Below are positions 38,057 through 50,590 of a stretch of DNA of 64,000 nucleotides, piece after piece (the stretch's first letter is position 1; each line of letters begins with the position of its first letter). A model generated the notes under the pieces. It was not told where the DNA came from. It saw only the letters and a list, made by a program, of their open reading frames with translations, and ran no database searches. The DNA is from Felis catus (Eukaryota). The position numbers were made by a program, and so were the translations under genes. The stretch covers positions 203,858,001 through 203,922,000 of the forward strand of contig NC_058368.1 in assembly GCF_018350175.1 (NCBI RefSeq). The letters are read 5' to 3'.

Positions 38057-38465
38057 GGGGCACCTGGGGGCTCCTGGGTGGCCCAGTCAGTTAAGTGTCC
38101 GACTTCCGCTCAGGTCATAGTCTGGCAGTTTGTGGGTTCGAGCCCCACGTCGGGCTCTGTGCTGACAGCTCAAAACCTAAAGCCTGCTTCGGATTCTGTG
38201 TCTCCTTCTCTTCCTGGCCCTCCCCCACTTGTGCTCTGTTAAAAAAAAATGGGGCACCTGGATGGCTCAGTTGGTTGAGTGTCTAACTTTTGGTTTCAAC
38301 TCAGGCCATGATCTCACAGTTCATGGGATCAAGACCCACATCGGGCTCTGTACTAACAGCACACAGCCTGCTTGGGATTCTCTTTCTCTCTGCCCCTCCC
38401 CCACTTGTGAATGCGCTCTTTTTCTCTCTCAAAATAAATAAACTTTTTTTTAATAAAAAAATTTA
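38057..38465 (+). mobile_element. Two tandem SINEs; the upstream one (38068-38246) inserted into the 5' end of the other (38251-38465)
   Basis: AAATGGGGCACCTGG duplicated at 38053-38067 and 38247-38261. Confidence 0.88.
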
Positions 38466-38769
38466 AAAACCATTAAACTAAAAACTCTAAAAATCTAAAG
38501 CAGAATCCATCATCTTCTCTCTCCCACCTCTGCATCAGTTCACCCCATCATCATCACTGCATTCAAAGGACCACATTCCCACCCCAATCATCCAACCTTG
38601 AAATCATGACATCATCTTTCTCCTCCTCTTCTATTTCATTCATTCCCGTAAATGTTTTCTTCCAAATGTGCACTATTCTTCATCTCTAGTACCTTTTCAT
38701 CTAGATTATTAACTATATTTTAGTTGCATATATGATACCATATAATCCTCTGCAGCAAAATGTTGAAAA

Positions 38770-38990
38770 ACACTGCCTTGAATTCCAGGACTGGCCCTAA
38801 CCAAAATGTGTAGCCTTATGCAAGTTCAACTTCTTAGCCTCAAATCTTCTCATCTGTAAAATGGAGATAGTAAAGGTAATGGCTTCACAGGGTTATCAAG
38901 AGGATGAGATGACATATGTACACAAAGACACAGCACCATTCCTAGCTGCTAATAAGAACTCAGTAAATTTTAGCTGCTGGTACCATCATT
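38770..38990 (+). mobile_element. MIR
   Basis: GCCTCAAATCTTCTCATCTGTAAAATGGAGATAGTAAAGG...GAGGATGAGATGA. Confidence 0.7.
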
Positions 38991-39359
38991 ACCTCACCCA
39001 AATCCAATGCATCATATATTATAGTCCAGCTAATTTTAATTAAACTTATATCATGACACTGCCTTGCTCAAGTTCCATTTATCAGCCATCTACATCATCT
39101 GAATTTATTTATCAAATTTTTCTCCCCTGGAACTCGTTTTATTTGCATCTAAAGTCTGTCTTACTTAAAAAGGTGTTGAAAACACCATACGAGATGCCTC
39201 TCTATTTTGTCACCAACAACTCCAAGTATCTAGGGCCTTGGAAGGTCTCCATTTTTGGTCCTTCTTCTAATTCATAACCAAAAAAGGAAACATCAGCCAT
39301 TAACACATTTTTGTTTTTATACTAAAGCCTTAAAAACTCCACTAAAGACAGTCACTTTT

Positions 39360-39460
39360 TTTTTTTTAAGTAGGCTTCATGCACAGAACCCAATGTGGGG
39401 TTTAAACTCAAGGACCATAAGAACAAGATCTGAGTTGTGACTGAGGCACCCAGGCACCCC
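39360..39460 (-). mobile_element. Short, degenerate SINE
   Basis: ...GACTGAGGCACCCAGGCACCCC head; TSD TAAAGACAGTCACTTTT / TAAAGTCATTCACTTTT. Confidence 0.75.
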
Positions 39461-42400
39461 TAAAGTCATTCACTTTTGACTTTGAAAAACTGGAGTTCAG
39501 TACCAGGTGCAAGTATAATTTCTTTTGGAATGTGATGTCTTTGGCCTGGTCAGGCAGATCATGGGATCTGAATGACTGATTTAATTATGGAGTTTTCACA
39601 GACAGGTGGGGTTCTGCAGGATCCTCTGTCAATATGTTCTGATAAGTAAACACGACAGCACTCTGCGGCTGGGAAATGTTTCAAACCCTTTTACAAAAGT
39701 TGAGGATTTGGCATTATTTTTTCCTCCCCATCATTTTTAAACCCTATTGTGTTTCAAAGGAAATTCAATCCATCTGTTTCTGCTTCTTCAAAATGCTGTT
39801 GTTTTGTAAGAGCTATTTGATGTCACAAAGCCCAGTGAGTCTCCACAAAGCCATTTGCTTCCCAATAGAAGGCTATAGATCTCTCCAAGGGATTAATGAA
39901 ACTAGAACCTCAGGCATCTTAGACCTCACAGACCTCTATCACATTTCTAGAGCCTCTCCCAACTTGAGTTTCCTTTTTGAAGAGCATCTCAATAGGAAAT
40001 TGCTCCCCCCACAGCTTCATTAGTCACACACTTCAAAATGCAGTCTCTTGTTCATATTTATCTTGTCAGAAATTTTACTTCTGACCACCGTGTCACAAAT
40101 AGGGAACGTTTTACCTGAGGAAACAAAACCTTCATGACAAGTATTTAAAATTTTTAATCTTGTAAGAATGACAACTTTCTAAGAAAAATAAATAGTTGTC
40201 TCATGCAGCAGGTCTAAAAATAGACTTTTGAGAAAAAATATCTTATACAGAATTTAAAAGGTAACAATAATGAAAGGGTTTCCTTTGCCTCAATTTCCAT
40301 TCTAGAAATTAATAAATATAAACTAATAGACGCAGGTCATTTCATAAAAATAAGCTGAACAATATAGCTTTTCTTCTTAGAGCAAGCTACAATTGTATAT
40401 GGGATCCTGGGGGCTCTGAACTGAAGCAATGAGGGAAATTAAATTTCAAAGTAATTAAGAAAGATGCAATTTAAACAAATTATAATTTTGCCTTCCTGAT
40501 GTCACCAGGCTTTTGTTACTGCTTTCTCAAATAAGTCAGTGAATTCAGAAAAAGGAAATAACTAAAATTAATGTGTTTTTGAACTCCATCAATCTGGTAG
40601 TAGTAAGCTTTTCTATGGAGATGAATTTAACCAAAACAGGAAAGAGAACTGTTCATGCTAATTTATTAACATAGTGTAGCCTGAAAACACCAGGATTCCA
40701 AAATGTTTCCACAATTAGGTGTTATGTGAGAATGCCACTGCATTTCTTTTTAGAAAGCTTTCCCCTCTAAACATCTTTACAGTGGTGACTATATTATAAG
40801 TATGGAACCAACAGTGATATGAAGCTTGATATGACATCAACTAAACCTCTATGGTCATTTACTGGTTAAATGGAAAATAGGAGAAATAAATCTTATAGGT
40901 TACCAGAAATATACCAACATATATGAGTAGATTTTCACCTTTGGCCAGTCTTTCTTACTTCACGTGGTAATTTTTTGCTGATGGGTCTGAAATTCTTCCA
41001 CAAGATAAAATTCTCCAAGTTATTTTCTTTTTGAGTAAGATAGTATAGCCAGTTAAATAATGCTAGAGCTAGTCACAACATGAAACAGGTACATAACTTG
41101 ATATGCAGCAAAGAAAGAACAGTCTCAGGTAAGACTGCTGAGAAACAGAACAGATTCCCTTTTATTCAGATCACACAAAATTACAATACCCCAGGATGGG
41201 TGGGTATGTGCACCCAAGACACTGACATCTTGCACACATCCCTTTTCCTTTGATATAGATATAATCTTGTTAAAATGGAAATGTATTAGGAAAGTCAAAC
41301 AATTAATTGATGCAAGAAAGGTTGTTTCATGTTTTGTGTAAATCAAAGCTGAAAATTCATTTGAGGAACAGGGCTGTATTGTAGACTAAACACAATTTGG
41401 CCTGAGTATAGGGTTTGGTGCGGGTGTTAAAGTTGTTCTGGGCTACACATGGTCGGTAATCCTCAACAGAAATGTTAACTCAATTTGTCAGTATTATCTT
41501 TATGTCAACAGTAATGCTTAAATATTTACAATAGGCATAGTACGCTGAGAGTCAGTAACGCAAGATAAATTGGAAAAATGCTAACAAAATGGATGGTACT
41601 AATAGAAAGCCTTGGCACTGTAGTCTCTGATTTTATATACAAGAGGCTTGCCCGAAGGTAAGATTTTATTAGGTTCTATCATTGATATGCTGCTCTAAAA
41701 ATTTCCTTAAAAAATAAAGAAAAAAGATTAAAAGTTTTTCAAGGAAGTAAAGCAATGAGTTTGCTAAATTTATTCTCTATATAGTAAGTCAACAATTGAG
41801 TCTCAAGTATATGCTAGCTACTCTTCTTTGTAAGAAGACATAAATTATATTGCACAACTTGAACTTATACACATTCTCCAGATATGCTGCATTTTTAAAC
41901 TCTCTACAGAATCGAACAGCTAGCATGTTAAAATACAGAACAAAGAGCTATGAAAAAAGAGAAAATGCCCTTTCTCTTCTTTCATGTCCCCAGCCCTGCT
42001 CCTGTTGCTACTGTTTGTTGTGTTAAAGGAGTGCTATGTGTTTAAATTCTTTGTATCCTCAGTTCTTTGAAAAAACAGAGATAAAACTAATAAATACATC
42101 TCCAGAACTAAAACATTGCCACTGCACCAAGCCACCTAACAGAAAGTAAATCAATCTTTAAAACTGTAAGTCCCAGAATACCAAAAGCAAATAACAAATT
42201 CTTATACCAAAAGTTGCACATTTTAAGAAAGAAGAGAAAAATGAAAGAAACAAAGGAAACACATGTACCGACATGAAATAGGTAAAATTATGAATATGTG
42301 GAATTGTCTTTTAAGAGAACAAAAATTGAGTGAAATTCCAAAATTATCTACTCCCCATACAAGACTAGCATTTGTTATCTACAAGGAAGAGCAAGTTCAA

Positions 42401-42492
42401 TAAAGAAAGCAAAAGGTATTTCCACTTTAAAGCCACTTTTAGTTTCCAACCTTCCTTTAGAATTAATTCATTGAATTGAGTCTGTGTTTAAA

Positions 42493-42662
42493 TTTCTTTT
42501 GAGAGAGAGAGAGAGAGGGCACCAGAGCCAGGGAGGATCAGAGAGAATCCTATCACGCCCAGCGCTGAGCCTGACTCGAAGCTCAGTCTCACAACTGTGA
42601 GATCATGACCTGAGCCAAAACCAAGAGTCAGACGCTTAACCAACTGAGCCACCCAGGTGCCC
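42493..42662 (-). mobile_element. Can-SINE
   Basis: Perfect TSD TGAGTCTGTGTTTAAA at 42477-42492 and 42663-42678. Confidence 0.9.
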
Positions 42663-43274
42663 TGAGTCTGTGTTTAAAGGGGGGAAAAAAGGCCACTTCT
42701 TTGAAATATGAACATCCTACACCTGTACGCTTTGCTCCTTCCCACCATTCAAGCTTTGCCATAATAATATGGTTGTGATGGTTTCAGGAGAACTGATGGG
42801 AGATGCTCTAGCACTGAGAAATGTGGGACAAATGTTTCTGTGACACCTGCTTCAGGGCCTAATATTTCCTGAAGGACTTTGTACTTTATTGCAGAAAAAG
42901 CAGACAAATATTCTATCCAAAAGAATCCTCACTTTCCTTTCCTGCAAGAGACTTTCAATCCAAACTGGTGGAGGAGAAATCCAGCACAGGTGGTCCTTGA
43001 GAACAGCAGTGTCCGTAACCCCTGCCATATAACCTTCTGGCTTCCCCTCATTTCTTCCGCTTATGCCACAAGGACTTAGAAACAAGTACTAAGCTTCTAA
43101 GAACTTTCAAAAAGAGCACCAAATAATCATTAGGATAGATTGTTCAACTGGGCAAGTAATGAGAAGAGAGAAGACATGAAAACCAGTGACTTTTTAAGAA
43201 TCCATAACTCACTAGGCTTGTGCCTATTCACTTCCACTTTAATAATACTAATCTTAATTCCTTTATAAGAATTA

Positions 43275-43455
43275 GTGTGGCTTGGTCGCTAGGCGTCCAA
43301 CTCTTGATTTTGGCTCAGGTAGTGATCTCGTGGTTCGTGGTTCTGAGCCTGGCATCAGGCTCTGCACTGACAGAGCCTGCTTGGGATTCTCTCTACCCCT
43401 CCCCTGCTCACACTCTCTCTTTCTCTCTCAAAAATAAATAAACTTTAAAAAAAGA
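43275..43455 (+). mobile_element. 5'-degenerate Can-SINE
   Basis: CTCTTGATTTTGGCTCAGG...GAGCCTGCTTGGGATTCTCTC...CAAAAATAAATAAAC. Confidence 0.85.
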
Positions 43456-44103
43456 AATAATTTAATATCACTATCCACACTGGGTAACAAAGATTAATAT
43501 AAGTTAATAGACGTAGTAGAGGAAGAAAGGATAACTTAGTAGATACTGAAAAGAGAAAGAAGAAGCTAGAGTCAGGTCTTTTGAAAAAGAGTGGTTAATA
43601 GAGATTTTAGAGATTCTTGAGAAATCACTGTCCCTCAGACATATTATAAACTCGGGAGAAAGGTATGTGTATTTAGTTTTAGTAACACTATTTAGTGTTA
43701 CACACGTATTTAGTGTGTAAACACATATTTAGTGTGTAACACTATACCCAATCAGAGAGTGCCATCTTCTCTTTTCTTCATATATAAACCTGTAACCCTA
43801 ATACTATTGATTTGGGTTATGATTACTATTTATAATTTTCAGTTGTAGCTGCTATTACTACCAATAATGATGGCTTTCTAGAAAGGACAAATTGATCACA
43901 GTTTACTCAAGGAAATACATAGTGGAGAACTCATGAACAATTACAAACAAATGTGTATCCTGGATACTCCAACAGTGAACCAAATACCAAAAGTGCCCAC
44001 GACCCATCCTGCATGGTCACAACCAACCTCTCTGGCCCCATCTCCTACAATTCCTCTTGCCTTTTCCTTTGATATACTTCCTTCCCTTTATACATAATTC
44101 CTT

Positions 44104-44105
<2 letters not shown>

Positions 44106-44143
<38 letters not shown>

Positions 44144-44228
44144 GTATATGTATATATATGTATATATATATATACATATGTATATATATATATACATATA
44201 TATATATATACATATGTATATATATATA
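44106..44228. repeat. (TA)n/(TATG)n compound microsatellite
   Basis: Directly visible; source of spurious YIYIYI ORFs. Confidence 0.95.
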
Positions 44229-44499
44229 ACGTACTTTCTATCTTGAAGGTTCTTCCTTCTTCTTCATAAAGGCAATTCTTACCCATTTTTCAAGAATCTC
44301 CTTCAATATCTCCTCCTTTCCCACATTCTCACAGGTGGCTGGGTGGCCCTCGTCTTGACTCCCACAGTACCATTATTACTATTATTATTACAGCAGTGAT
44401 CCTATTGTTGCTGGCTCCCTCACCAGAAAATGAACACCTTGCAGGTAGAGCTACTTATTATTTATATTTGTATTCCCAGCACATATCTCAGTATCTGGC

Positions 44500-44990
44500 A
44501 TGTAGCAGGTTATCTGTTGCCAAAACAATATTTTGTTACAGATCACCCTTTAACTTAAAAAACCACCATTTACTATTGCTCACAAGTCAAAAGGTCAACT
44601 GAGTAGTTTTTCAGGTCACCACAGGATTCACTCCCACATCTGCAGTGAGCAGTGTATTGGATAGGCTCTGCTGTTTCCCAGCTATTCTGTCCTATCTTTG
44701 GAGTCACCTGGCCTCAGCTCCTCTCTGTGCATCTCACATCCCTCCAGCAAGCTAGTTCAGGCACCAACTCATGACTGGGCAGAAAAACAAGAGCAAAGAA
44801 GTTCAGTCATGCAAAGGACAAGTGAAAATGCACACGTGCTCCTTAAGCCTGCTACTTCTACACAGTCTACTGTCTATTGGCCAAAGGAAGTCTATCATCA
44901 TACCAAGAGTCACAGTGAAAGGGCACCATCAAAGGGCACACTGGCACAGGGAGGTGAGAAAAACGCAGGTCACTAGTGAAAGTGATATGC
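44500..44990 (-). mobile_element. Old MaLR LTR (MLT1I/J-like)
   Basis: TATCTGTTGCC...AACTTAAAAAACCACCATTTACTATTGCTCAC...CTATTGGCCAAAGGAAGTC. Confidence 0.55.
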
Positions 44991-47422
44991 TGCAGGAAGT
45001 GAAAAACAAATCTTGTTAGATGAGTAAGAGCTATAAGAGACAGATTTATTCAGGGCAAGACCAGGTAAATTTGTAAATTAGGCAGAGCTAGTCTTTGAAA
45101 CTCCCTTACGGCTAAATGATATAACAAAGAAAAGTCTAACATAGCACTTGGCATATTATAAGCACTCAGTGAATATCAGTTCCAGCCTCTTCCCCATTCT
45201 TTGCTTTTTTTCCTTCTCTTTTTCATTTAGGCTTCTATTTCAGAACTATTTTCCTCAATCCGTTATCAATCTCATGCTAAGAATGATGGAAATTCCTCTC
45301 TGAGACAATACCCTCACTTTGCTTCAAAATATATCTTTCTGATATTATATCTACTCAAGAGGTTGTCAAGAACTAGTCATCAATTCTAGTTAGCTAATTT
45401 CCAAGTTTTAATGACTATAATTACATTTTAAATACCTTAACTAACAAGTAATTTCAAGAACCATAAAAGAAAGGGTCATCTTTGGACACTTCTAAAACTA
45501 TACCAGCTTATTCAGTTCCTATTCCAATTGCATGTTAGACCTGCTCTAGATTTTAAGCTTTGAAGAGCCAAGATGGATGAACCATAGTCATCATAAACCA
45601 ACAGCCTTCATTCCTAAAAATGGATTATTAAGTGGATTATATTATACAATTATTTTTTGCATAAGGTATTATGAAAATTAAAAGGGCCACAATCATTTTT
45701 CAAAATCAATTATACTACAATCAGTAATCATATGTCCATAAAATTTTAATGCCTAAGCCTTTCATGATTTATTTCTAGAGACTGAACTTCTGAATATTTA
45801 TTAAAGAATCTTTCCTAAAATTAAAGAGAAATGGGCATCAGGAGGAAAAAAAGAGAAAAGAAAGCAAGTAAGAGAAAGAGAAGAAAAAGAGAAGAGAGAA
45901 GAGAAAAAAGCAAGTAAGAAAGACAACCATATATTCAGTGACTTGTCTGGCTGTTTAGCATCATGACCCAGAAAACTGGTGATCTCAAAATATGGAATCA
46001 CCAGGGAGCATTTTGGACACCATTAGGAAATGCCTGGTTCTTAGTATAAGTAATAGAGGGAAGAAACAACAAATGTTTATCCAGTGCTACCATAAGCAAT
46101 GCAGTCAGTAATGGGAGGTACAGTTTGCAGAAGGCACAGATATCATGACTTCCCTCAGTAATTAAACTTACAATCTAGAGCAACATACAGACTTTCAATC
46201 TGACCGTTGCATTATCTACCATACGTGTTCCCAAAACTCTTGAGTTTTCCTTTTAAGGTACTATGAGCCATCAAAGAAGAAGTCATTAATTCAGGTGAAC
46301 AGAAAAAGAGAGTCTTGAGAAAAGAAAAAATATTTCTTTCAAATCTTAACATATTAAAATCTGATTTTGATGGTGGTAAGTGGAGGAGCAGTCGAGTCTT
46401 AGTGAATAACAAAACCAAAAGTGGCATGAAAAAGTTTCTAGCATTCACTGGGGAGCAGTGACAGAGCAGTGAGGTGTAGTGTGTGCCTGTGAGGAATCAT
46501 CTCAGAGGAAATGTGCCCGGAAGGGTGTGATTTGAAATCAGACTGACTGAGACTACAATAACACATTAAATATATACTCCCGAAGTTGTCCATGGCTTCC
46601 CCTCCCTTATACCCAGCCCATTTGTATGGTAAAGGCCGGTTCTTGAAATTACTTATCAGTTTAAGTTAAGGTGTTTAAAATGCAAATATTATAGTCCTTA
46701 ACTCTCGGAAATTAACTAACTAGAATTGATAACCAACTCTGACAATTCCCTGAGGAAACATAATACAGGAAAGATAAATAAATGAAGGATTACTGCAGCT
46801 GCTCTCTGGGAAATCGACTGGAGATGAGCAAGAGAAAAGCAAAGAGGACAGACAGGAGGCGGGTGTTGTATTCTGGGCAAGAGATGATGGTATCTTCAAT
46901 CAGGGCGGCAGTGACTGGAGATGGAGAGAAAAGTAACAGAGGTGACAGCTACTGAAACGGTAGCTATGATACAAAACACTTTGAATAAATATTTGTGGAA
47001 TAAATTGAAAAACCCCTAGTTTTTAGGATGGAAATTCTGAGATTAGTATTTCGTAATTCTGACAGTGTGGCAGTGTGGACGACAGCTTAAAGACAGGAAT
47101 TCTGAAGGTGGCAAAATTAGTTAAGAAACTATGATAAATACGCAGGGGAAATAGAATTGAGGTACATAAATAAGACAAGGCTGAATAAAGAGAACTAAAA
47201 TTTGAAATTTTAAAGAAAGAACTAGGTGAAGCTAGAGCCCCTTTGATAGAGATTTTAGAGAATAAGGAACCAAAGGCTTCTTACAAGGTGGGATGTAACA
47301 CCACTAACAGAAGTAGGGCACAAAGGAGGAAAGTCAAGTTTGAGGAAGGAGAAGGTAGCAATTCTCTTTTAAACACATTCATCTGGAAATGAGAGATAAC
47401 CGTGTATAAAAAGACCATCAGA

Positions 47423-47642
47423 GGGGCGCCTGGGTGGGTCAGTCGGTTAAGTGTCGGACTTCCGCTCAGGTCATGATCTCGCGGTTTATGGGCTCGAGCC
47501 CCACGACAGGCTCTGTGCTGACAGCTCAGAGCCTGGAGCCTGCTTCAGATTCTGTGTCTCCCTCTCTCTCTGACCCTCCCCTGTTCATGCTCTCTCTCTC
47601 TCTGTCTCAAAAATAAATAAACGTTAAAAAAAATTTTTTTTA
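47423..47642 (+). mobile_element. Can-SINE
   Basis: Perfect TSD ATAAAAAGACCATCAGA at 47406-47422 and 47643-47659. Confidence 0.95.
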
Positions 47643-48509
47643 ATAAAAAGACCATCAGAGTTCCTGCTGGTCCATCTCAGGACCAAACTTGGGACCAGGT
47701 TCATAGAGCCTACCCATAATGCAGAGTAGCTAGGTCATGAAGCATGCTGTTCTGCAGCTGGCCACAAAAGTATAGACGTTTGAAGATGTGAGGTAGGCTG
47801 GTCTCTCTGGGCACAAATATAACGGTATAAAAAAAGAAAGAGCAGGAAGGAGACGAGACAAGGCCCCAGACTTTCCCTGGAAAGGTAATATGCATTCAAT
47901 AAGAGACTTTGCCCTGAGACAAGCTCAGACAGCTCTCTTGCCCACACTGCCAATTTGGAACTCTGTACAGGGAGCCCACATCAGGAGGCCCAGGCAGAGG
48001 GAAGTCCTGACGTGTGGTTTTGCTCTGCTATCCTTCCATGTAACACAAATGGGATGGGACCCCAGACAGCTGGATCTGAGTGAAGAATTTGCAGAGTTTG
48101 GGGTATTGGAAGACTCTGAATCAATGACTACAAAGTACCCCACCCACATAGGGCCCAGAGAGGTCTGTGGTGCCGTCATAAAACGGTTGTGACTGAATCC
48201 ACCTGGCAGTACCAGGAGGTACACCAATTGCTATAAATGAAAGTGCTATAAATTGCTATAAATTGCTATAAATGAAAGTGGAATAAGCACCAACCGTATG
48301 TTCAAAGGACACTAATGCAGAGAATCAAGGGACACCCTGCCCAAAATCCCTAATTTTCTGCTCAGACCAGCCCCCCCTTACCATCCACCAACACCCATTT
48401 GATAGATACCATCTTAGGAACTAGGGGGGACAGTAGAAGATTCAAATATCTAAGAGACTGGGTATTTGATCCTAGAGAGATTGAACATTACCCAAGTGAA
48501 GTATTTAAA

Positions 48510-48722
48510 ATTTGTTTAATGATTATTTATTTTTCAGAGAGAGAGAGAGAGGCAGAGCATGAGGGAGGGAGGGGCAGAGAGAGAGGGAGACAGAATCATA
48601 AGCAGCTCCAGGCTCTGAGCTGTCAGCACAGAGCCCGATGCAAGGCTCCAACTCACAGACCACGAGATCGTGACCTGAGCCGAAGTCAGCCTGTTACCTG
48701 ACTGAGCCACCCAGGCGTCCCA
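48510..48722 (-). mobile_element. Can-SINE
   Basis: Perfect TSD CAAGTGAAGTATTTAAA at 48493-48509 and 48723-48739. Confidence 0.94.
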
Positions 48723-50370
48723 CAAGTGAAGTATTTAAATCACAATTGTTCTAATTGTAATTAGAACAATTTACAATTGAACATTTAGTATAGTTGTTTT
48801 GGGGGAGCGGATCTCAGGAACAGACATCCCATTACCTAGAGGGTAAAACTGAGTTGGGAGACCAGATAAACTATTGATAAAACTAATTGCCCATATTAGT
48901 AGGTAACATTCACCTGTCATGGCATTCTCAACATCGGGCACCATTTGACCTAATAAAAGAGGCAGGAAAAACACAGTTTGTTGAATGGACAGTGAGTAAT
49001 AACACCACTGGTACTGAAGTAGAGTGTTAATTGATATAAATGGATAGAAATGACCCTGAAAACTCAGAAGAAAGATCACGGAAAATCTTAAACATTCAAC
49101 TAAGGAATTATTTCTTTAAGTATAGAGAGTAAATTCATAGTTTTAAGGAAAAGAATGACACTAGGAAAACCTATGCTTTAAGATTAACCTGATGGTTGTG
49201 TGGGGGACAGTTTACGGATGAGGTGTCAGCAAATATAGGTATCACAGATGGGACAATCTTGGAAGATACGGGCCATAGGACATATTTCAACTATGATCAT
49301 ACTGTTGTCCCTCACTCCAAAAATATCTGGAACATTTTATGAAATTAAATCAAGTTAAAATGAACACTGGAAGCAGTCTTAACACGGAAAAGGCAGAAAG
49401 CATGCAAACTTATGCTACTGCAAGTATGAATGTAGGAACAGGAAGGAAGACTCTATGTTATAGATGGATGGATGGAGAGAGGTGCCAGGAGGAACATCTA
49501 TACTCATCCTCCTACCTCGCTGCCAGCTCACTGAGTTTACCTAGGGCAGAGCAGGGCAGGCCACCAAATTCTGAAACACACATCCCAGAAATAGCCCTAT
49601 AGCCACAGACCGTATGAGAGATGGTAAAGACAGGGGTAGAGTGATGGACCATGAATGGAAGGAAGGTAGATGTGTGTGATGCTCAGCAGGCAGTCAATAA
49701 CATTCCAGCACTGCCATGAATTAGCTACATGACCTTGAGGAAATTATTTAATCTCTCTGGACCCCACTTACTTCTCCCAACAAAACGAGGCATAGTAAAT
49801 GTCTACTAAGGTACCTCTCACAGCCAATGACTAAAATCTCAAAGTTCCTCCTTTCTGCTCCGAAATTTACAAATGTGTATGTACCTAAAGTCATGTCTTG
49901 CAAAATTCGGTGCAATAGTAGCCGTTTTGTGGTAAACCTATCAGTTGCAGATGGGTTTCTCTGTCAGATTTGGTTCCACTCTAGTTCTCTTCAAGAAGAA
50001 TGTTAAGCAGAAATGGAAATTTTCTCTGATACAGCTAAGGGCTAGGATTTTCTAGTTTGTCACAGAGGAATTGTTTTGTTGAGGTTGTTTTCATTTTAAT
50101 ACAACTTAAAGGAACCAAAAGCCTCTTTGCAAAAATATTTTAAGGATAACCTCTAATTGCATTATTTTATTTTCTCTATTAAAATTTTGTGGTAAACTAT
50201 GTTTAAGCCAAGTTTTTACATAGTCTAGTTATTCACCAAAATACCAAAAATAAAATTTGCCAGTTGACTACCCCTTTTCAAATGATTTTTAACTAATCAA
50301 AATGTTCCTGGCTTTAACTAAAACACGGTGTAAAAAAAAATCATAGCATAAATAATCAGTTATTCTCATT

Positions 50371-50590
50371 TTTTTTTAATTTTTTAATGTTTATTTTTGA
50401 GAGAGAGAGAGAGAGACAGAATACAAACAGGGGAGGGGCAGAGAACAAGAGAGGGACACAGAATCCGAAGCAGGCTCCAGGCGTCGAGCTGTCAGCACAG
50501 AGCCCAACTCGAAGCTTGAACTCACGAACTGTGAGATAATGACCTGAGCCGAAGACAGATGCTTAACCGACTGAGCCACCCAGGCGCCCC
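50371..50590 (-). mobile_element. Can-SINE
   Basis: TATTCTCATT on both flanks; full head and tail. Confidence 0.93.

Noticed and set aside
43670..43742. Short repeat array as CRISPR-like
   Set aside because: There are no unique spacers or cas genes and the context is mammalian; it is a simple tandem repeat.
44017..44286. Y/I-rich ORFs (also C/V/T/H-rich ORFs at 20773, 24644 and 57542-57856)
   Set aside because: They are microsatellite translations.
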